This document shows, piece by piece, positions 19,913 through 30,916 of a stretch of 64,000 bases of DNA (positions are counted from its first letter, which is position 1; each line of letters begins with the position of its first letter). The DNA comes from a virus: positions 32,001 through 96,000 of IMG/VR virus record IMGVR_UViG_3300035665_003403. One strand, given 5' to 3'. Position numbers and translations under genes: made by a program. A model generated the notes under the pieces. It was not told the DNA's origin and searched no databases. It saw only the letters and a list, made by a program, of their open reading frames with translations.

Positions 19913-21613
19913 TTAAATCCTTTTAACTGTCATGTAAGATAATGTTTGTGTTTCAGCTGATGATGCCATTTGACCAGCAATTAATAAATAAACATCATTA
20001 TCCCAATTGATTGCCACACTTGAAACGTTATTTAACGGTGTTGAATCACTTGTATATGTACCAGCCACAAATACAGCTTCGGTTCCATTTCCTGTTCCAT
20101 TTGTGACCTTAATTGGAAGTGTACGTTGCATATATGTTGCAGCTAAGTTTGCAGCGGAAGTTGATGTACCAATTAATGTTGCTCCAGCTAATGTTGGTGA
20201 AGTATTAAAGTAAAATCTATTTGTCGGAATAACTGTCACACCATTTTTTCTTCCTCTCATTTCCATCCTTATAACATCTCCAGCTACATATGTTCCACCT
20301 GAAATTAATACTAAACCAATTAAAGTATTTGATGCTGCTGTTGTTCCACTTTGGTCAATTCCATTTCCATAAATTACATTATTATTTCCAGATGAATAAC
20401 CAGTTATAATAACATTATTTCCATCATTACGTCTTAAAGTTGTTGTACCATTTGCAAATGTACCACCTGTTACATATATATCAGTTGATGAACTTCCTGT
20501 TGTAAATCCAGTTACGTTAAAGGTTCCACCTGTGTTATTTGTAAAAATAGCAGTTCCATTACTATAAGTACCCCCTGTAACTCTAATATCTAATGGTAAA
20601 TTTTGATATGTTGTTGCCGATATTGTTGTTGCCGAAACACCAGACGTAAATCTAGTTTCACCACTAACGGTACCACCAGATAATGGTAAGTATTCACCAC
20701 TTAATGATGATGTTCCACCAGTACTAAACCCACTTACACTGAACGTTCCACCTGTGTTATTTGTAAAAATAGCAGTTCCATTCGAATATGTACCACCAGT
20801 AACATAGACATCAAATCCTGACGAACCGCTTATTGTTGACACATCACGTAGTGAAATAGTTCCGTTATTATCTCTAACTAAAATATTACTTAATGAATTA
20901 TTTGTTGATGCTGATAAAATACTTAAAAAAGGTACAAAAAGTGTATTATTTCCATTTACCGAAATATTTTCCCCTCCAATAATAGCAGACCCATCACCAA
21001 TTAAAGATGAGTTTTTAGACAAAACAAAAGATGTGTAACCAGATACTTGACTACCATCCCCACCAATTAAACCAAAATCACTTCTATTTATATTGTTTGA
21101 ACCAAAACCAACCCCACCTATACCTCTAACAGAAACTTCATAACCAATAGCTACGGAATAATCACCAACAGCATCAGTTGATGAATCATTTAATGTTTTT
21201 AAAGAAAAATTACCACTTGAACCACTACTCCAATATGTATCGGAAATAGTACCACCTGTTGTAAACCCAGTTATTGGTATATTAACATTATCATTTCGTA
21301 TTAAAGTCAATGTTTGTCCATTCAATGTTCCACCAGTAACATAAATATCTGTTCCACTACCACCAGTTAATTGATTAACTGTGGCAAATGGATTAGCACC
21401 ACTAGGTGATGATGCATTCGTTATTGCAGCTATTTGATTTGGTGTAAGTATTGTAAAAGCACCCCATGTACTAATATCATCAGTATTCATATATGCAATT
21501 CCAGTAGAGTAATCAATATAGAATGTACCACGTTTACTAACATGGATTGGAATTCCATCTCCAGATTGAAGTAATACACTACCTATTGATATTGACCTAA
21601 CATTTGTTGCCAT
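19913..21613 (-). CDS. Tail fibre/appendage protein with DxYVTGGT repeats
   Basis: Gly/Thr/Ser-rich; repeats of DIYVTGGTYSNGTAIFTNNTGGTF; short YadA-head-like segment. Confidence 0.65.
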   Translation of the reverse strand: MATNVRSISIGSVLLQSGDGIPIHVSKRGTFYIDYSTGIAYMNTDDISTWGAFTILTPNQIAAITNASSPSGANPFATVNQLTGGSGTDIYVTGGTLNGQTLTLIRNDNVNIPITGFTTGGTISDTYWSSGSSGNFSLKTLNDSSTDAVGDYSVAIGYEVSVRGIGGVGFGSNNINRSDFGLIGGDGSQVSGYTSFVLSKNSSLIGDGSAIIGGENISVNGNNTLFVPFLSILSASTNNSLSNILVRDNNGTISLRDVSTISGSSGFDVYVTGGTYSNGTAIFTNNTGGTFSVSGFSTGGTSSLSGEYLPLSGGTVSGETRFTSGVSATTISATTYQNLPLDIRVTGGTYSNGTAIFTNNTGGTFNVTGFTTGSSSTDIYVTGGTFANGTTTLRRNDGNNVIITGYSSGNNNVIYGNGIDQSGTTAASNTLIGLVLISGGTYVAGDVIRMEMRGRKNGVTVIPTNRFYFNTSPTLAGATLIGTSTSAANLAATYMQRTLPIKVTNGTGNGTEAVFVAGTYTSDSTPLNNVSSVAINWDNDVYLLIAGQMASSAETQTLSYMTVKRI

Positions 21614-21674
21614 GTATATAAATTATTTAATAACTAACCACATAAATAAAAGTTAATGTGTAATTTGTTAATTT

Positions 21675-23159
21675 TTATTCCCAATATCCATTAATAGAAA
21701 CATTACCCCTATAAACTAATAATGGTGTTTCAACCCCTATTGGTATTTTTAATATTATGTGTAAATAAGTTCCAGATTCAACCATAAGTGGTGTTATTAG
21801 TTCATTATTTATCATTGGTCTTGCCATAGTTCCAACAGATGATATTGTTGGTATGTTTTGAACACCTAAACCTAATCTTCTAGTTGTTTTTGTACCACCA
21901 GTAACAGAATCCAACTCACCAAGTGATAAATCTGTTCCACCAACACCAACAACCCACTGAAGTGTTGTTCCAGTACTACCAATTGTTGCACCAGAAGTAA
22001 AAGTATTTATATTAATGTTGTTTATAACCAGTGTTTTACCAGGTATATCAGCTGTTCCATTTGGATTTAAATAACCAAATAAAATGTAATCATTTTCACT
22101 TGAACCACTCGCTGGAATTAAAAAATTTCCACCGATAGTTGTGTAACCACCAGTTGTATTATCAAGTAATGATAATCGTGTTGGTGATAAATTATTTAAT
22201 ATATTAGCTGAAGTTGTTCCACCAGTTAAATTTGATTGACCATCTGGTAAACTTATTGATGATTGACCATTAGTTACCATCAAAGATTTAAAATCTTTAT
22301 TACTTTTAAAATCACTGAAAAGAACACCAAAATCACAAATACTAATTTTAATTGGGGATGAAACAACACCACTATTTCTATTTCTAACAAATAAGGGAAG
22401 TGAATTTGGAAGTGATGTACGATATCCAGCGGTTGTTAATGTAAAGGTTGTTGATGTAAAAAAAACAGTTGTTGCTGTTGGTGTTATCTTACCGATAATG
22501 GTATCATCAACCCAAAACTCAACATTGTTATCAATTATTGCTAATATATAGTCATTATATTCATTTATCGTTGGTGTGTGTATGTTTACAATAGTAGTTT
22601 CATAACCACTATAACTAACAACACCATTAAGGGTTCCACCACTAACTCTAAAAAAAACACCATCAGTAGGTGTTGTTGTTCCAGTTGTGGTAGCTAAACC
22701 AAATTCAATTATATTATTTGTTTGAAAAGTATTATCAAATTTGGTTTTAAAATTAACATAAATAGGGGCGTTTTCAAAAATAGGAAAGGTTCTAAATGTT
22801 TGAACCATTGAATAATCACCACTACCTACACTAGAATTCGCATTTAAGTTAAGACAACCACCAGATAATACTATTGTTTGATTAGTAGTAGTTGCTTTAT
22901 ATTTACTATTGTTTAATACATTACTTGAAAAATTATCTTGCCAAAAAGGTACTTCAACATTTTTAAGTAACCTATAATCTTGAGTAGTATGTAAAGCTCT
23001 TAATGTGGGTATACCAATAACTGAACCATCATCAACTTCAGATATAATATAATTATATCCAGATTCATTTATGATTGTTGGTAAAGTAACTTTTAAATTA
23101 TTATTTGAATCTACTTCAACTTCATTTATACTTTTACCGCCCTTTATTTTTATACTCAT
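21675..23159 (-). CDS. Beta-rich virion protein (possibly lectin-like), paralogue of 23161..24600
   Basis: Collinear with its neighbour (VDSNNNLKV, PTDGVFFR.SGG, PLMVE.GTYLHIILK.PI, VSINGYWE). Confidence 0.6.
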   Translation of the reverse strand: MSIKIKGGKSINEVEVDSNNNLKVTLPTIINESGYNYIISEVDDGSVIGIPTLRALHTTQDYRLLKNVEVPFWQDNFSSNVLNNSKYKATTTNQTIVLSGGCLNLNANSSVGSGDYSMVQTFRTFPIFENAPIYVNFKTKFDNTFQTNNIIEFGLATTTGTTTPTDGVFFRVSGGTLNGVVSYSGYETTIVNIHTPTINEYNDYILAIIDNNVEFWVDDTIIGKITPTATTVFFTSTTFTLTTAGYRTSLPNSLPLFVRNRNSGVVSSPIKISICDFGVLFSDFKSNKDFKSLMVTNGQSSISLPDGQSNLTGGTTSANILNNLSPTRLSLLDNTTGGYTTIGGNFLIPASGSSENDYILFGYLNPNGTADIPGKTLVINNININTFTSGATIGSTGTTLQWVVGVGGTDLSLGELDSVTGGTKTTRRLGLGVQNIPTISSVGTMARPMINNELITPLMVESGTYLHIILKIPIGVETPLLVYRGNVSINGYWE

Positions 23160-23160
23160 G

Positions 23161-24600
23161 TTATTCCCAATATCCGTTAATTGAAACCAAACCTCTTATT
23201 ATTTGTGTTGCTGTTGCTGTTGATATAGGCATCTTAAGTATTATATGTAAATAAGTTCCAGCTTCCACCATAAGTGGTGCTGTGAATTTTGCATCAATAC
23301 TTGGACTTGCTACAGTACCAACAGTTGTTCCTGTAACCATAGATTGAATTCCCAAACCTACTCTTCTCGCTGCTCTTGTCCCAGCAGTAACAGAATCAGT
23401 TGTAAGAAGAGTAACAGCTGTTCCACCTACACCAATTGTCCATTGCAATACAGTTGCTGTAGTTGCAATAGGTACTACAGCAACATAAGTATCTATCTTA
23501 ACACCAGTTACAACAAGCGTTTTTCCAGGTATAGCAGCTGTTGCAGCTGGGTTTAAATAAGCAAAAAGAGCGTAATCAGTTTCAGCACCACCTAATGCTG
23601 CAAATTGAAACTGTCCACCAAGAGTTGCATAACCAGCTGTTGTATTAGAAAGAGAAGCAGATACTGGACCAGTAATGTTAACAATATTTGCTGTTTGAGT
23701 ACCAGCAGCAACAGCTGCTGAACCATCTGGTGTTGAAATAGATGATTGTCCGTTGGTTACCATGGTTGTACTCCATTCTTTCCCAGAATCCATATCACCA
23801 AGACTTATACCTAATTGTGCTATATTTAATTGAACAGCCGTACTTACAGCACCAGAATTATAATTTCTTAATAATAAAGGTAAAGAATTTGATTGACAAG
23901 GACTACCAAGACCAACAGGTGTTGGTAATGTCGTTAAAATAGTATCATTAACCCAAAAAGTACACTTATCTTGACCAATTGTTATGGCATAATGATATAC
24001 AATATTAGCTATTGGTACATGTATATTAGGTATAACAACTTCAGCACCGTTATTATTAATAACAGCATTTAATTGTCCACCGCTTGCTCTAAAGAAAACA
24101 CCATCAGTTGGTGCAGCAACACCTGAAGCCAACCCCAAACCAAATTCAATAACACTATTTGCTTGAAGTGGGTTTGAAAATTTAGCCTTTATATCAAAAT
24201 ATAAAGGATATGTGTTAAATAAAGAAAAACTCTTAAATGTTTGTACCCTAGCAACGTTGGTTGATGCAACGGCATTACCAGCATTTAAATTTAAAAAACC
24301 ATTTGCTAGTGTTATTGTCATTGTTGATGTAACACCAATATATTTTGCGTTATTTAATACAGCATGACTAAAAGTATCTTGCCAAAGTATTTTATCAATA
24401 CCAGTTCTAAGACGATAATCTTGAGATACATCTATTGGTCTTAATAATTTACTTCCAGTTACTTGACCATCATCTACCTCACCAACTGATATTGAATACC
24501 CAGCACCTGATAATACCACTGGTAAATTAACCTTTAAATTATTATTAGAATCAACATCAGCTAAGATATTTGAAACACCACCTTTTATAATTACACTCAT
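23161..24600 (-). CDS. Beta-rich virion protein (possibly lectin-like), paralogue of 21675..23159
   Basis: Collinear with its neighbour; ATATTTATA at 24617-24625. Confidence 0.6.
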   Translation of the reverse strand: MSVIIKGGVSNILADVDSNNNLKVNLPVVLSGAGYSISVGEVDDGQVTGSKLLRPIDVSQDYRLRTGIDKILWQDTFSHAVLNNAKYIGVTSTMTITLANGFLNLNAGNAVASTNVARVQTFKSFSLFNTYPLYFDIKAKFSNPLQANSVIEFGLGLASGVAAPTDGVFFRASGGQLNAVINNNGAEVVIPNIHVPIANIVYHYAITIGQDKCTFWVNDTILTTLPTPVGLGSPCQSNSLPLLLRNYNSGAVSTAVQLNIAQLGISLGDMDSGKEWSTTMVTNGQSSISTPDGSAAVAAGTQTANIVNITGPVSASLSNTTAGYATLGGQFQFAALGGAETDYALFAYLNPAATAAIPGKTLVVTGVKIDTYVAVVPIATTATVLQWTIGVGGTAVTLLTTDSVTAGTRAARRVGLGIQSMVTGTTVGTVASPSIDAKFTAPLMVEAGTYLHIILKMPISTATATQIIRGLVSINGYWE

Positions 24601-24648
24601 ATTCTTACATTTTTATTATAAATATCTTATATTTTTATATTATCACTT

Positions 24649-27600
24649 TTAATTCAATATTAAATATTTGATATTATACACACCCCAAGTTCCTTCAGAA
24701 CTAAAAGCATTTATGTTAAAACTAACATTATCAACGATATCACTCTTACTAAGAACCACCCCATCAATCATTGAATCCTCAATATCTGGGTGGTTTGTAG
24801 AACTAATAATTGTTAAAACAATATTGGATAAATCAGTAACGGTTGTGGAAGATACTGTTACTGTTGTGAAACTAGTTTCACCACTTATAGCTGCACCAAA
24901 ATTAACACTTGTTGTACCAGTTTCATTCACTATAACAGTAACAAAATTATTAACATCAATACCTAAATTACTAACACTATTACCACCAATAGTTTTTATG
25001 TTCAAAGCATCAACATATGTTGTATTATCGGAAGTACCTGTTAAATTACTACCCAACACAATTGTACTTACACCAATAGCTGTACTACCACTTCCATGAA
25101 CAAATGAATTTAATCCTGATGCAACAGATAAATTACCACCAGCATGTGAATTCTGACCTGATGATGTATTTAAAGCTCCTTCAACGTGACTTCCATCACC
25201 TGAAGCTATATTTCCACTTCCTTCAGCATGTGAAGCTAATCCACTTGATGTGTTTTGGTCACCCTCAGCGTGACTAACGTTACCACTTACTGTATTACTT
25301 TTACCTTCAGAAAATGAATCACTTCCAGTTACTGTATTATTTCTACCTGTTGCAAAAGAATAATTACCACTAACTATATTGGTGTTACCAAAAACACCAG
25401 CATCATTACCACTTATATCATTACCATTTCCAAATGCAGCACTAGTTAATCCACCAACAATATTATTATATCCAGCCGCAAATCCACCATCACTTGTAAC
25501 TCTATTGTTGAATCCAAATGCAGCAGCGTTGATAGCAGCAACATCAAGTGAGTTACCAGCCGCAAAACTTGTTATACCTGATACACTATTACTAAAACCA
25601 AAAGCAGCATTATAAGAATCCCTTGCCACGTTATCATGACCCATAGTGAATGAACCAATACCAATAGATTGGTTATTTAAACCAGCAGCCACAGCATAAT
25701 TACCAGTAGCATCAGTTGTTGAATCGTTTACTATCTTTACAGAATAATCACCACTTGAACCACTACTCCAATATATGTCAGAACTTGTAGTTCCTGTTGT
25801 AAATCCTGTGATAACCACATCGTTATTATCATTACGTCTTAATGTAAGCGTTTGCCCATCCAAGGTTCCACCCGTGACATAAATATCAGTTCCTGTTCCA
25901 CCAGTTGAAAACCCACTTACATTAAATGTACCACCTGTATTATTGGTAAAAGTTGCTGTACCATTTGAATAGGTACCTCCAGTCACACGTATATCTAAAG
26001 GTAATCCTAAATATGTTGATGCGCTTAAGCTACCATTAACAGTTAAGTTTCCTGTTATAGTTCCACCACTTGTACTTAACTTAGATAATATATCTGATTT
26101 AATTGTTTGAATAGTTGAACAATCACTAAGATTATCGCAAGTTAATCCTTGTTGAGTAGGTAAGCTTGAAACGACATATGAATAATGTTGTGAACCTTCT
26201 GTAAAAAATGTTATTGTATGTGATTGATTACTTGTGTTTGTTGCTCTTACAAGAGCAACTATGCTATCAGTAACAGTTATAGGAGACCCACTAAAATATG
26301 CATCACTAAGTTGCATTGATGGTGTTGGTGAATTTGTTGTTACTGGTGTTGGGTCTGTTGTAAATAATAAAGTTGATGTACCACCACTTGTTAGTTTATA
26401 AACTTCAACAAAAATATTAAAAGCTGCATTATTATTTTCCTTATATGAATGCAAATAAAATGACCAAATTCCACCAGGTATTAACGTTTTATTTAATTGG
26501 TCTGATTGAAAAGATGCTATTGTTTCTGTTGCACCAACACCAATTGTTGTTCCAGTTGATTGTTCAGATGCTGTACTACCTGTTGTGCTTAAATATCGAT
26601 TACTATTTTTTGATTGAGATATATTAAAATAAAATAATTGTCCTCCACCACCACCAGTTGAAAACCCACTTACATTAAATGTACCACCTGTATTATTGGT
26701 AAAAGTTGCTGTACCATTTGAATAGGTACCTCCAGTAACTCTAATATCTATAGGTAAACCTAGATAAGTGCTTGCACTAAACGTATTTGCTGTAAGACCA
26801 CTAGTAAATTGAGTTGGTCCCGTTACGGTACCACCAGTGAAATTAATTGCTGTACTAAAACCATTTACGGTAAAAGTACCACCTGTATTATTTGTAAATG
26901 TAGCCGTACCAGCATTATATGTACCACCAGTAACTTTTATATCTAATGGAAGATTTTGATATGTTGTTGCTGAAATTGTTACTGCTGTTAAACCACTAAC
27001 AACACCACCAGTAAATCCTGTGTAAAATCCGTTTACTGTAAATGTACCACCTGTATTATTAGTAAAAATAGTAGAACCATTTGAATAGGTACCTCCAGTA
27101 ACTTTTATATCAAGTGGTAAACCTTGATATGTTGTTGCAGATAAAATATTAGAAGAAATGGTACCGTTTGAAGTTAATCCAGTGACAGAATTAATATTTG
27201 AACTAAATGTACCCCCACTTGAATCTGTTATAGTAAATCTGTTATTATTATAAGTAAAATTAGTGATAGTTGTGTCCGTCATACCAGAACTAAAACCACT
27301 AACACTAAATGTACCACCAGTATTATTACTAAACGTAATGACACCATTATTTGGGTTATAAGTACCTCCAGTAATAGTAACATCACTTGATAATAACCCT
27401 AAGTTTGTGGTAAGTGAAACACCATCATTTCTAGTTAAAATTAAATCGTAATTAGATAAATTAAGAGTTAATCCAGTGGCAAAAACGTCAAGTGGTAAAC
27501 CAAAATAAGTTGTTGCACTCATTGTATTGGCTGTTAACCCATTTGTAAATTGTGTTGCACCAATAATGGTACCACCTGTAAAATTAGAACTACTTGTTCC

Positions 27601-29226
27601 AACAACAATATTTCCATTTGAATCAATACCTAAATTATTAACTGATGAACCACCACCAAGTGTCTTGATATTAAAACTATCAACATATGTTGTGTTATTG
27701 GTTAAACCAGTTATATTAGCACCTAACACAATTGTATTTATACCACCAGCGGTACTACCACTTCCATGTACAAACGATGTTAACCCACTAGCTATTGTAT
27801 TTGCACCACCAGCGTGTGAATAATCACCACTCGCTCTTGTATTTGACCCTTCAGCATGACTCGATAAACCATTAGCTATTGTATTATCACCTTCAGCATG
27901 TGATGTAACACCACTAGCTATTGTGTTACCACCTTCACTATGTGAATAACTACCAAAAGCTGTTGTATATGACCCCTCAGCATGTGATGCTAAACCAATT
28001 GCTGTTGTAAAAGCACCTTCAGCAAATGAATAATCACCAGAAGCAACTATATTTGTGTTATTATTTGATTTTATAGAATATAAACCAGTAGAACCAGTAA
28101 ACCCAGTAAAACCAATATTGGTTGAAAAACCACTTACGTTAAAAGTACCACCTGTGTTGTTTGTGAATATTGTAGTACCACCAGAATATGTTCCACCAGT
28201 AACATAAATATCCTGAGGTAATCCCTGATATGTTGTTGCAGATATTGATGTTCCAGTTAAACCATGAACACCTAAATCAACACCTCTAGTTGCGCCACTA
28301 TATGGTATGAAATTACTTGTATCAACTTGAGCAGAAGGAAAACTTAAACGTGAGTTAGTATTATCATCAATTCTAACTGTAACATTACCAGTTGAAGTAA
28401 CCATCTTAGCATATATCTTAACAACTAATCTATCAGTTGAATTAAGATATATATTATTAGATGAAACACTAAATGTTAAATTTATTTGTAATAACGCATT
28501 TAAATTAGATTGATTAGATGTGTCAGAAGATAATAAAATAGTTTCATTACCAATTAAATCTAATTTAGATAAAGTTGCAAATGTAAAATAATATGCACTA
28601 CCAGAAACTTTTTGAATTTCAAAATGTAAATCAATTTCACCAGATGGTATAACCGTTAAATTAGGATTATAAATATCAGTGACAAATTGACCAACGATTG
28701 TAGAAGCTGTGGTTATTGTAGTTGTTATCAAAGCAACTGGTCCAACAATATATTCGTTTAAACTAACCAATTTATTATAACCAGCAATATCAGTAGCCCC
28801 ACTTACAAGCATATAAGTTGATATTCCGTTAGCTGAATTAGTGAACCCAGTTATAGGTATACTAACATTATCATTTCTTACTAACGTAAGTGTTTGACCA
28901 GAATAAGTTCCACCTGTAACATATATGTCCGTAGATGATGTACCAGTACTAAATCCAGATACATTAAATGTACCACCTGTATTGTTTGTAAATATAGCTG
29001 TACCATTACTATAAGTACCACCTGTAACAAACACATCAGTGAAAGTTTGTCCAGTACTAAACCCAGTTACATTAAATGTTCCACCTGTGTTGTTTGTAAA
29101 TATAGCTGTACCATTACTGTAAGTTCCTCCTGTAACATATATATCAACACCACCAGTATCACCAGAAATCAATGGTTGAATAATATATGTTTGATTAATA
29201 TTTGATGTATTGTTATTATTAATCAT
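24649..29226 (-). CDS. Long tail fibre/adhesin with YadA-head-like SHAEG repeats and DxxVTGGTY repeats
   Basis: 1525 aa; about ten VTGGTY...TNNTGGTF units; two blocks of 14-aa (S)HAEG..T.ASG repeats. Confidence 0.75.
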   Translation of the reverse strand: MINNNNTSNINQTYIIQPLISGDTGGVDIYVTGGTYSNGTAIFTNNTGGTFNVTGFSTGQTFTDVFVTGGTYSNGTAIFTNNTGGTFNVSGFSTGTSSTDIYVTGGTYSGQTLTLVRNDNVSIPITGFTNSANGISTYMLVSGATDIAGYNKLVSLNEYIVGPVALITTTITTASTIVGQFVTDIYNPNLTVIPSGEIDLHFEIQKVSGSAYYFTFATLSKLDLIGNETILLSSDTSNQSNLNALLQINLTFSVSSNNIYLNSTDRLVVKIYAKMVTSTGNVTVRIDDNTNSRLSFPSAQVDTSNFIPYSGATRGVDLGVHGLTGTSISATTYQGLPQDIYVTGGTYSGGTTIFTNNTGGTFNVSGFSTNIGFTGFTGSTGLYSIKSNNNTNIVASGDYSFAEGAFTTAIGLASHAEGSYTTAFGSYSHSEGGNTIASGVTSHAEGDNTIANGLSSHAEGSNTRASGDYSHAGGANTIASGLTSFVHGSGSTAGGINTIVLGANITGLTNNTTYVDSFNIKTLGGGSSVNNLGIDSNGNIVVGTSSSNFTGGTIIGATQFTNGLTANTMSATTYFGLPLDVFATGLTLNLSNYDLILTRNDGVSLTTNLGLLSSDVTITGGTYNPNNGVITFSNNTGGTFSVSGFSSGMTDTTITNFTYNNNRFTITDSSGGTFSSNINSVTGLTSNGTISSNILSATTYQGLPLDIKVTGGTYSNGSTIFTNNTGGTFTVNGFYTGFTGGVVSGLTAVTISATTYQNLPLDIKVTGGTYNAGTATFTNNTGGTFTVNGFSTAINFTGGTVTGPTQFTSGLTANTFSASTYLGLPIDIRVTGGTYSNGTATFTNNTGGTFNVSGFSTGGGGGQLFYFNISQSKNSNRYLSTTGSTASEQSTGTTIGVGATETIASFQSDQLNKTLIPGGIWSFYLHSYKENNNAAFNIFVEVYKLTSGGTSTLLFTTDPTPVTTNSPTPSMQLSDAYFSGSPITVTDSIVALVRATNTSNQSHTITFFTEGSQHYSYVVSSLPTQQGLTCDNLSDCSTIQTIKSDILSKLSTSGGTITGNLTVNGSLSASTYLGLPLDIRVTGGTYSNGTATFTNNTGGTFNVSGFSTGGTGTDIYVTGGTLDGQTLTLRRNDNNDVVITGFTTGTTSSDIYWSSGSSGDYSVKIVNDSTTDATGNYAVAAGLNNQSIGIGSFTMGHDNVARDSYNAAFGFSNSVSGITSFAAGNSLDVAAINAAAFGFNNRVTSDGGFAAGYNNIVGGLTSAAFGNGNDISGNDAGVFGNTNIVSGNYSFATGRNNTVTGSDSFSEGKSNTVSGNVSHAEGDQNTSSGLASHAEGSGNIASGDGSHVEGALNTSSGQNSHAGGNLSVASGLNSFVHGSGSTAIGVSTIVLGSNLTGTSDNTTYVDALNIKTIGGNSVSNLGIDVNNFVTVIVNETGTTSVNFGAAISGETSFTTVTVSSTTVTDLSNIVLTIISSTNHPDIEDSMIDGVVLSKSDIVDNVSFNINAFSSEGTWGVYNIKYLILN
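25898..26736. repeat. Exact 86-bp direct repeat (25898-25983 = 26651-26736)
   Basis: CCACCAGTTGAAAACCC...GGTACCTCCAGT is identical in both copies. Confidence 0.85.
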
Positions 29227-29228
29227 GA

Positions 29229-30284
29229 TTACCTTGCATTACCAACTAATTGAAATCTACCTATATCTAAATTACCCTTGCTTATTGATATAGTTACCAC
29301 TTGATTTTGATTTATGTTTATTGGTGATACTAACACCGTACCATCAAAAACTGAAACACCATCTACCCTTATAATAATTCTACTTATATTTGAAATGTTA
29401 ATCAAAGAATTAAAAACTAAGTCATATTCACAAGTAAAATTAAATGTTTGGATGGTACTTGGATTAAAAACAAAGGTATATGTAATTACATTGTTATTTT
29501 CATTCCTATCAAACAAAATATTCCTATTATAAGCACCATCTTCTTCAACTTCTTGACTCAGCAATGCTCTATTCAATGATGGTATAACTTTATATTCCTT
29601 TTCATCCAACAAATAACCAGCCAATTTAATTTCATACATTTGTTGGTAGTATCTTCTTTCAGAAAATTCTTGAATGTTTGATTCATCAGAGTTATTTTCA
29701 ATTGTAAGTGGCATTGGATGACCTTTAGGTGATATATAATACTGTCTAGCATTGAATGAAATTTTCATTTTCTCATGAAACTCATTCAATTCAACCATCT
29801 TATTACTAAAAAACCTAACTTCGTAAATCAAATCAATCGCTGTTGGTTGTGGTATCTGATATAAATCAACCCCTTTCCTTGCTCCATCAAATGTTGGAAC
29901 TTTCATTATTGTCCAAGTCCTTTCACCAGGTATATTCCATAACCCAGCTTGATTTGTACCTTCTTGTGGGTCTGGTTTCCTAACTATAGTCACAAAAGGT
30001 AATTTAATATTCTTATCAATATCCGATACATCCCAAGTTTTAGTAAATTGACTCCATCTTTGAATAGTCAAAAATATTACTGGAACATTAACCCCATTTA
30101 ATGTCAACCCTAAATTAGTCTTAAATTCATCAATAACACTTGAATCCATATCTGATATCATAACTCCACGAGGCAAAAACCCTTGATGGTCAACAATACC
30201 ATCAAACAACTCTTGACGTTTCTCAACACCAATTTTGCTTGGATTTATATTTAAATTATTTCTGAAATTCTTAGGTACAGCCAT
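29229..30284 (-). CDS. Tail terminator / sheath stabiliser (gp15-like)
   Basis: VPVIFLTIQRWSQF...IKLPFVTIVRK...IPQPTAIDLIYEVRF; adjacent to the neck gene. Confidence 0.55.
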   Translation of the reverse strand: MAVPKNFRNNLNINPSKIGVEKRQELFDGIVDHQGFLPRGVMISDMDSSVIDEFKTNLGLTLNGVNVPVIFLTIQRWSQFTKTWDVSDIDKNIKLPFVTIVRKPDPQEGTNQAGLWNIPGERTWTIMKVPTFDGARKGVDLYQIPQPTAIDLIYEVRFFSNKMVELNEFHEKMKISFNARQYYISPKGHPMPLTIENNSDESNIQEFSERRYYQQMYEIKLAGYLLDEKEYKVIPSLNRALLSQEVEEDGAYNRNILFDRNENNNVITYTFVFNPSTIQTFNFTCEYDLVFNSLINISNISRIIIRVDGVSVFDGTVLVSPININQNQVVTISISKGNLDIGRFQLVGNAR

Positions 30285-30286
30285 TA

Positions 30287-30805
30287 TTATTTAGTATTAA
30301 ATTCTGATTCATCCACTGGGGCACAAGTTACAGTTCTTGATGCTTTTTTAAATCCTAATATTGTATGTTTGCTATCAAAATTCTTAATTCCGTTATTAAC
30401 AACTGAATAAGTTCTAAATTCAGTTTCACTAATTTGGTAAGACACATAATCACCAAGGTTGATTTCAACCCCCAATTCAATCAATTGTTGCTCAAAAATA
30501 CCAAAAACAAATGGCTTATCTTGAATATCCATCATAGTTCCATTTGGGTTAAAAGACTTCGCTTCAGGTTCTTCAATTATCGGCTGCACCTTCAATTCAA
30601 CTGGTGGCAAAAATTGAATCCCATCTTCAACTGATTCACCATATAAATCGTCATATTGTGTCGTAACCCTATCAACTCTATATAATATGACAGTATAATT
30701 ACCATCACCCTCAATGGCTTCACGGCTCATACTTATCTCTAAATTAAAATCTTCACTAGAGAAAAATTTATTTACACGATTTATAGGAATAATAGGTTTA
30801 TTCAT
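30287..30805 (-). CDS. Head-closure/neck protein (gp14-like)
   Basis: VILYRVD...DDLYGES...FLPPVEL...L.ELGVEINLGDYV. Confidence 0.55.
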   Translation of the reverse strand: MNKPIIPINRVNKFFSSEDFNLEISMSREAIEGDGNYTVILYRVDRVTTQYDDLYGESVEDGIQFLPPVELKVQPIIEEPEAKSFNPNGTMMDIQDKPFVFGIFEQQLIELGVEINLGDYVSYQISETEFRTYSVVNNGIKNFDSKHTILGFKKASRTVTCAPVDESEFNTK

Positions 30806-30916
30806 GAGTTTTATATATAAATATAGCTATTGACTTTTAAAACAAAAATAACCATATTTAAATTAAAAATTTAAAAGTCAATATTTGACATAAAGAAAAA
30901 TAAATTTTAACACAAA

